Shown here: piece after piece, positions 60,699 to 64,000 of the stretch | Numbering within the stretch: position 1 is the first letter of the stretch | How the letters are laid out: each line of letters opens with the position of its first letter | Assembly: GCA_947455645.1 (NCBI GenBank) | Contig: CANGPA010000005.1 | Location: forward strand, 319-64,318 | Source: Hyphomicrobiales bacterium | Lineage (GTDB): Bacteria > Pseudomonadota > Alphaproteobacteria > Rhizobiales > Beijerinckiaceae | Length of the DNA: 64,000 bases | Direction of reading: 5' to 3' | Notes under the pieces: generated by a model | What the model was told of the DNA's origin: nothing | Seen by the model: only the letters and a program-made list of their open reading frames with translations | Databases searched by the model: none | Position numbers and translations under genes: made by a program

Positions 60699-62915
60699 AT
60701 GTTTTGGTTTAATTCGAGCGAACGCCGAATTGACGAAACAGACGAACCGTTAGGACCCGACATGACCCGAAGCGGAGATCCCGCCTCGCAGGAGACGCGC
60801 CCCGCGCAGGCCTCGGCCCGCGGAAGGCTGCGTTTTGTTTGGACGTCGGATGCCACGGGCACAATCCGGTTCCTGACTGAGGATCCACGGCTCGATGCGT
60901 TGCGTAGCGCGATTGACGGGCGCACTTGGCCGCAAAATGACGGCGTGGCCGCCGCTTTGCGCCAACAAAAGACCTTTGTCGGGCTTGCGGCACGCCTTGA
61001 GACCCAAAAGGGCACTCTTGACGTTTCAGTCTCAGGCACGCCGATCACAAACAAAAGCGGCGTGTTTGACGGTTTCCGCGGCTTTGGCACGGCGGATGCC
61101 TTGCCTGAGACCGTCGCTCCACCCCAAGCTGAACCGCTATCAAAGCCTAGCGCAGAGCCCACTTCCGCGGCGCGGCGCACGCCGGAGACCGACGCGGCAC
61201 CCGGCCTGTCGGAAGTTGAACGTCAGGCCTTCCGCGATATCGCCCGCGCGCTCGGGGAGCGACCAAGCCGGACCGCCCGTCCGGCATCGGAAACCGCAAC
61301 GGACACAGCATCGGAACGCGCGCCCGAAATCACGTCACGCGGCGCTGAACCCATTGCTGCACCATTTGCCGCCGTCTCTGATTCCAACACGACCCCTGAT
61401 ACTCAAACCGTCGCTGCCGCCGACGAGACCGCATCGGTCCTGCCTGAGCCCGCCATCGAGGCGCTGCTGGACCGCCTCCCGATCGGCGTGCTCTTGAGCC
61501 GGGGCGCTGTGCCCATTCTGATGAACCAGACGCTGCTTGACTGGCTTGATTATGACTCGGTTGACGCTTTTTACGAGGCCGGCGGCATTGAGACCATGTT
61601 TGGCGGACGTCATCCGGGGCGGCGCTCGCCGCTTGATGAGGATGCGATGCTGGTCCGCCGCCGCGATGGCGATACGATCGGGCTATCGGTCGAATTGCAA
61701 ACCATTGCCTGGGGCGACCTTCCCGCGAGCCTGATGCTGTTCGAGCGCGCCCGTGCGCAAGAACCCGAAACCGATCATGAGCCCGTCGCAGAAACCGCAC
61801 CCGTCTCCCACAGCGAGATGGCGGCGATCCTTGAGACAGCCACCGACGGGGTGATGGTGCTCGACGGCGAAGGCCGCATTCTGATGCTCAACCGCTCGGC
61901 CGAAGCTTTATTCGGCTATGACTCGGCCGATGTCGAAGGCGAGCGGTTCGTCGCGCTTTTGAACGAAGAAAGCCGCGCGCGCATTCTCGATTATCTCGAA
62001 GGTCTCAAAGGCACGGGCGTTCAAAGCCTGCTCAATGATGGCCGCGAAATCACCGCCTTGACGCGTCAGGGTGGCACCTTACCCCTCTTTGTCACCATCG
62101 GCCGTTTGGGTGACACGCCCAATGCCAAATTCTGCGTGGTCCTGCGGGATATTTCGCCCTTCAAACGCAATGAGCGCGATCTGGTCGATGCACGCCGGGC
62201 GGCTGAAACCGCCAGCGCCCGCAAATCCGATTTTCTCGCCCGCATCAGCCATGAAATCCGCACGCCGCTCTCCGCGATCATCGGCTTTGCCGAAATCATG
62301 CAAGAAGAGCGCTTCGGTCCGCTCGGCAGCAGCCGCTACAAGGATTATCTCAACGATATCCTGACATCGGGCGCGCATGTCGTGGATTTGGTCAATGATC
62401 TGCTTGATCTCTCAAAAATCGAGGCGGGACGGGCCGATCTCGAATTTCGCGAAGTCGACGTCAATGCCGTTCTCGTCAATGCCTCCTCGATTTTGCAGGA
62501 AGAGGCCCGCCGCGCGCGGGTCGTGATGCGGATGAGCCTCGATTCCCGTCTGCCTGCCGTTGTGGCGGATGAGCGCGCGCTCAACCAGATCATTCTCAAT
62601 CTGATCTCGAATGCGATCAAATTCACGCCCGAAGGCGGGCAGGTGATCGTCTCCTCGGCCCGCACAGCAGAAGGCGAACTCGTCATCCGCGTAAAAGATA
62701 CGGGCCTCGGCATGACCGAGCAGGAGCTTGCCACCGCGCTTGAACCGTTCCGGCAATTGCCGACCTCCCGCAAGACCGGCGGAACCGGCTTGGGTTTGCC
62801 CCTCACCAAAGCGCTTGTGGAAGCCAATCGCGCCGCTTTCACCATCAAAAGCGCGCGCAATAACGGCACGCTGGTTGAGATCACCTTCCCGCCGACGCGT
62901 GTGCTCGCCAATTAG
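60699..62915 (+). CDS. PAS-domain sensor histidine kinase, cytoplasmic (no TM segment, no receiver)
   Basis: H-box SDFLARISHEIRTPLSAIIGFAEIM, N-box NLISNAIKFTPEGG and G2 box GTGLGLPLTKAL. A PAS-like region (TATDGVMVLDGEGRILMLNRSAEALFGY) is present. Alternative start ATG 60762. Confidence 0.85.
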   Translation: MFWFNSSERRIDETDEPLGPDMTRSGDPASQETRPAQASARGRLRFVWTSDATGTIRFLTEDPRLDALRSAIDGRTWPQNDGVAAALRQQKTFVGLAARLETQKGTLDVSVSGTPITNKSGVFDGFRGFGTADALPETVAPPQAEPLSKPSAEPTSAARRTPETDAAPGLSEVERQAFRDIARALGERPSRTARPASETATDTASERAPEITSRGAEPIAAPFAAVSDSNTTPDTQTVAAADETASVLPEPAIEALLDRLPIGVLLSRGAVPILMNQTLLDWLDYDSVDAFYEAGGIETMFGGRHPGRRSPLDEDAMLVRRRDGDTIGLSVELQTIAWGDLPASLMLFERARAQEPETDHEPVAETAPVSHSEMAAILETATDGVMVLDGEGRILMLNRSAEALFGYDSADVEGERFVALLNEESRARILDYLEGLKGTGVQSLLNDGREITALTRQGGTLPLFVTIGRLGDTPNAKFCVVLRDISPFKRNERDLVDARRAAETASARKSDFLARISHEIRTPLSAIIGFAEIMQEERFGPLGSSRYKDYLNDILTSGAHVVDLVNDLLDLSKIEAGRADLEFREVDVNAVLVNASSILQEEARRARVVMRMSLDSRLPAVVADERALNQIILNLISNAIKFTPEGGQVIVSSARTAEGELVIRVKDTGLGMTEQELATALEPFRQLPTSRKTGGTGLGLPLTKALVEANRAAFTIKSARNNGTLVEITFPPTRVLAN

Positions 62916-63015
62916 GGTCTGATTGATCCGCAACCCACCTCGGCACCCATTAGGCTTGCAAATCGGGTGAAATCTTACACAAACTGATTTGAACCGTTTG
63001 TGAGGGACCAGACCC

Positions 63016-64000
63016 ATGGGAATTGCTTTCCCAACGCCCGACGAAGCCATTCTCGCGCGCCGCGATGCGATTATCGAGGGCTTGGCCGCGCTTGTGCCGC
63101 CGACTTCGCTGATCATCTCCGAAGATGAGCGACGCGCTTTTGAAACCGACGCGCTGACCGCCTATCGGAAAATGCCGCTGGCCGTCGTGTTGCCCACGTC
63201 AACCGAAGAAGTGTCCGCCGTCTTGCGCTATTGCCATGAGAACGGCGTTAAAATTGTGCCTCGCGGTGCGGGCACATCGCTTGCGGGTGGCGCAATTCCG
63301 CAAGAAGACGCCATCATTGTCGGCATCGGCAAAATGTCGAAAGTGCTTGATGTGAATTTCGCCGATCGCACGATGCGCGTGCAATCAGGCCTGACCAATC
63401 TCGGCATTTCCAATGCGGTCGCGCATGAAGGATTTTTCTATGCGCCCGATCCCTCCTCGCAATTGGCTTGTACGATTGCTGGCAATATCGGCATGAATTC
63501 AGGCGGCGCGCATTGCCTCAAATATGGCGTCACGACCAATAACATTTTGGGCGTGCGCATGGTTTTGATCGATGGCACGATTGTCGATATCGGATCGGAC
63601 GCGATGGATGCGCCGGGCCTTGATCTTCTCGGTGTGATCATCGGTTCGGAAGGCCAGCTCGGCATCGTCACCGAAGCAACCGTGCGCATTTTGCGTCAAG
63701 CGGAAGGCGCGCGTCCGGTGCTCTTCGGCTTTGATACAAGTGAAGCGGCGGGCGCTTGTGTGGCAGCGATCATCGGTGCTGGCATTATTCCGGTTGCGAT
63801 GGAATTTATGGACAAGCCTGCAATCGAGATTTGCGAAGCCTTCGCCCATGCCGGTTATCCCACCGATGTCGAAGCGCTCTTGATCATCGAAGTGGAAGGT
63901 TCCGACGCCGAGATGGATGCAACGCTTCAGCGCATCGTGGAGATTGCCAAAGACCATCATGTGAAAACCGTGCGCGAATCAAAATCCGCGATGGAAACGG
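63016..64000 (+). CDS. FAD-linked oxidase, GlcD-like (glycolate oxidase subunit); 3' end outside the window
   Basis: My own translation from the ATG at 63016 gives MGIAFPTPDEAILARRDAI...VKIVPRGAGTSLAGGAIP...NSGGAHCLKYGVTTNN, an FAD-binding PCMH fold. The frame is open to the window end, so it is absent from the ORF track. Confidence 0.8.
   Translation, partial: MGIAFPTPDEAILARRDAIIEGLAALVPPTSLIISEDERRAFETDALTAYRKMPLAVVLPTSTEEVSAVLRYCHENGVKIVPRGAGTSLAGGAIPQEDAIIVGIGKMSKVLDVNFADRTMRVQSGLTNLGISNAVAHEGFFYAPDPSSQLACTIAGNIGMNSGGAHCLKYGVTTNNILGVRMVLIDGTIVDIGSDAMDAPGLDLLGVIIGSEGQLGIVTEATVRILRQAEGARPVLFGFDTSEAAGACVAAIIGAGIIPVAMEFMDKPAIEICEAFAHAGYPTDVEALLIIEVEGSDAEMDATLQRIVEIAKDHHVKTVRESKSAMET

Overview
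This is a GC-rich, gene-dense chromosomal segment that reads as alphaproteobacterial core genome. Markers include GcrA, Irr next to fabA-fabB-fabI, an A73-type tRNA-His, sdhCDAB, rplU-rpmA-GNAT-obgE-proB-proA, pstSCAB-phoU-phoB with phoR, and rpsT-dnaA-dnaN-recF. I call 69 CDS (two truncated by the window edges), 2 tRNAs (Ser-CGA, His-GUG), several hairpin terminators and a handful of regulatory motifs. I saw no rRNA, CRISPR array, transposase, integrase or phage gene. The only accessory-looking patch is a roughly 2 kb, visibly more A+T-rich islet right after tRNA-Ser, carrying a BrnT/BrnA toxin-antitoxin pair, a methyltransferase and a small secreted Cys-containing protein. I did not find a convincing novel multi-gene system. 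The most unusual signals are non-coding: (1) a 38-bp tandem repeat (4 full copies plus a partial one) that creates four identical 20-bp palindromes between a Sel1-repeat gene and xylB; (2) a DnaA box plus four CcrM-type GANTC sites within 34 bp upstream of gcrA; (3) an 862-bp gene-free gap upstream of dnaA with a phased A-tract block, close to a gene-strand switch, which makes it a possible oriC or dnaA control region; (4) a PhoR kinase with no membrane segment, placed directly behind a multi-pass membrane protein; (5) a perfect FNR/FixK box centred 41.5 bp from the hemN ATG. The ORF track counts GTG and TTG as starts, so many of my starts are moved to an internal ATG or GTG on motif and neighbour-gene grounds. 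All family assignments come from motif recognition by eye, not from searches.
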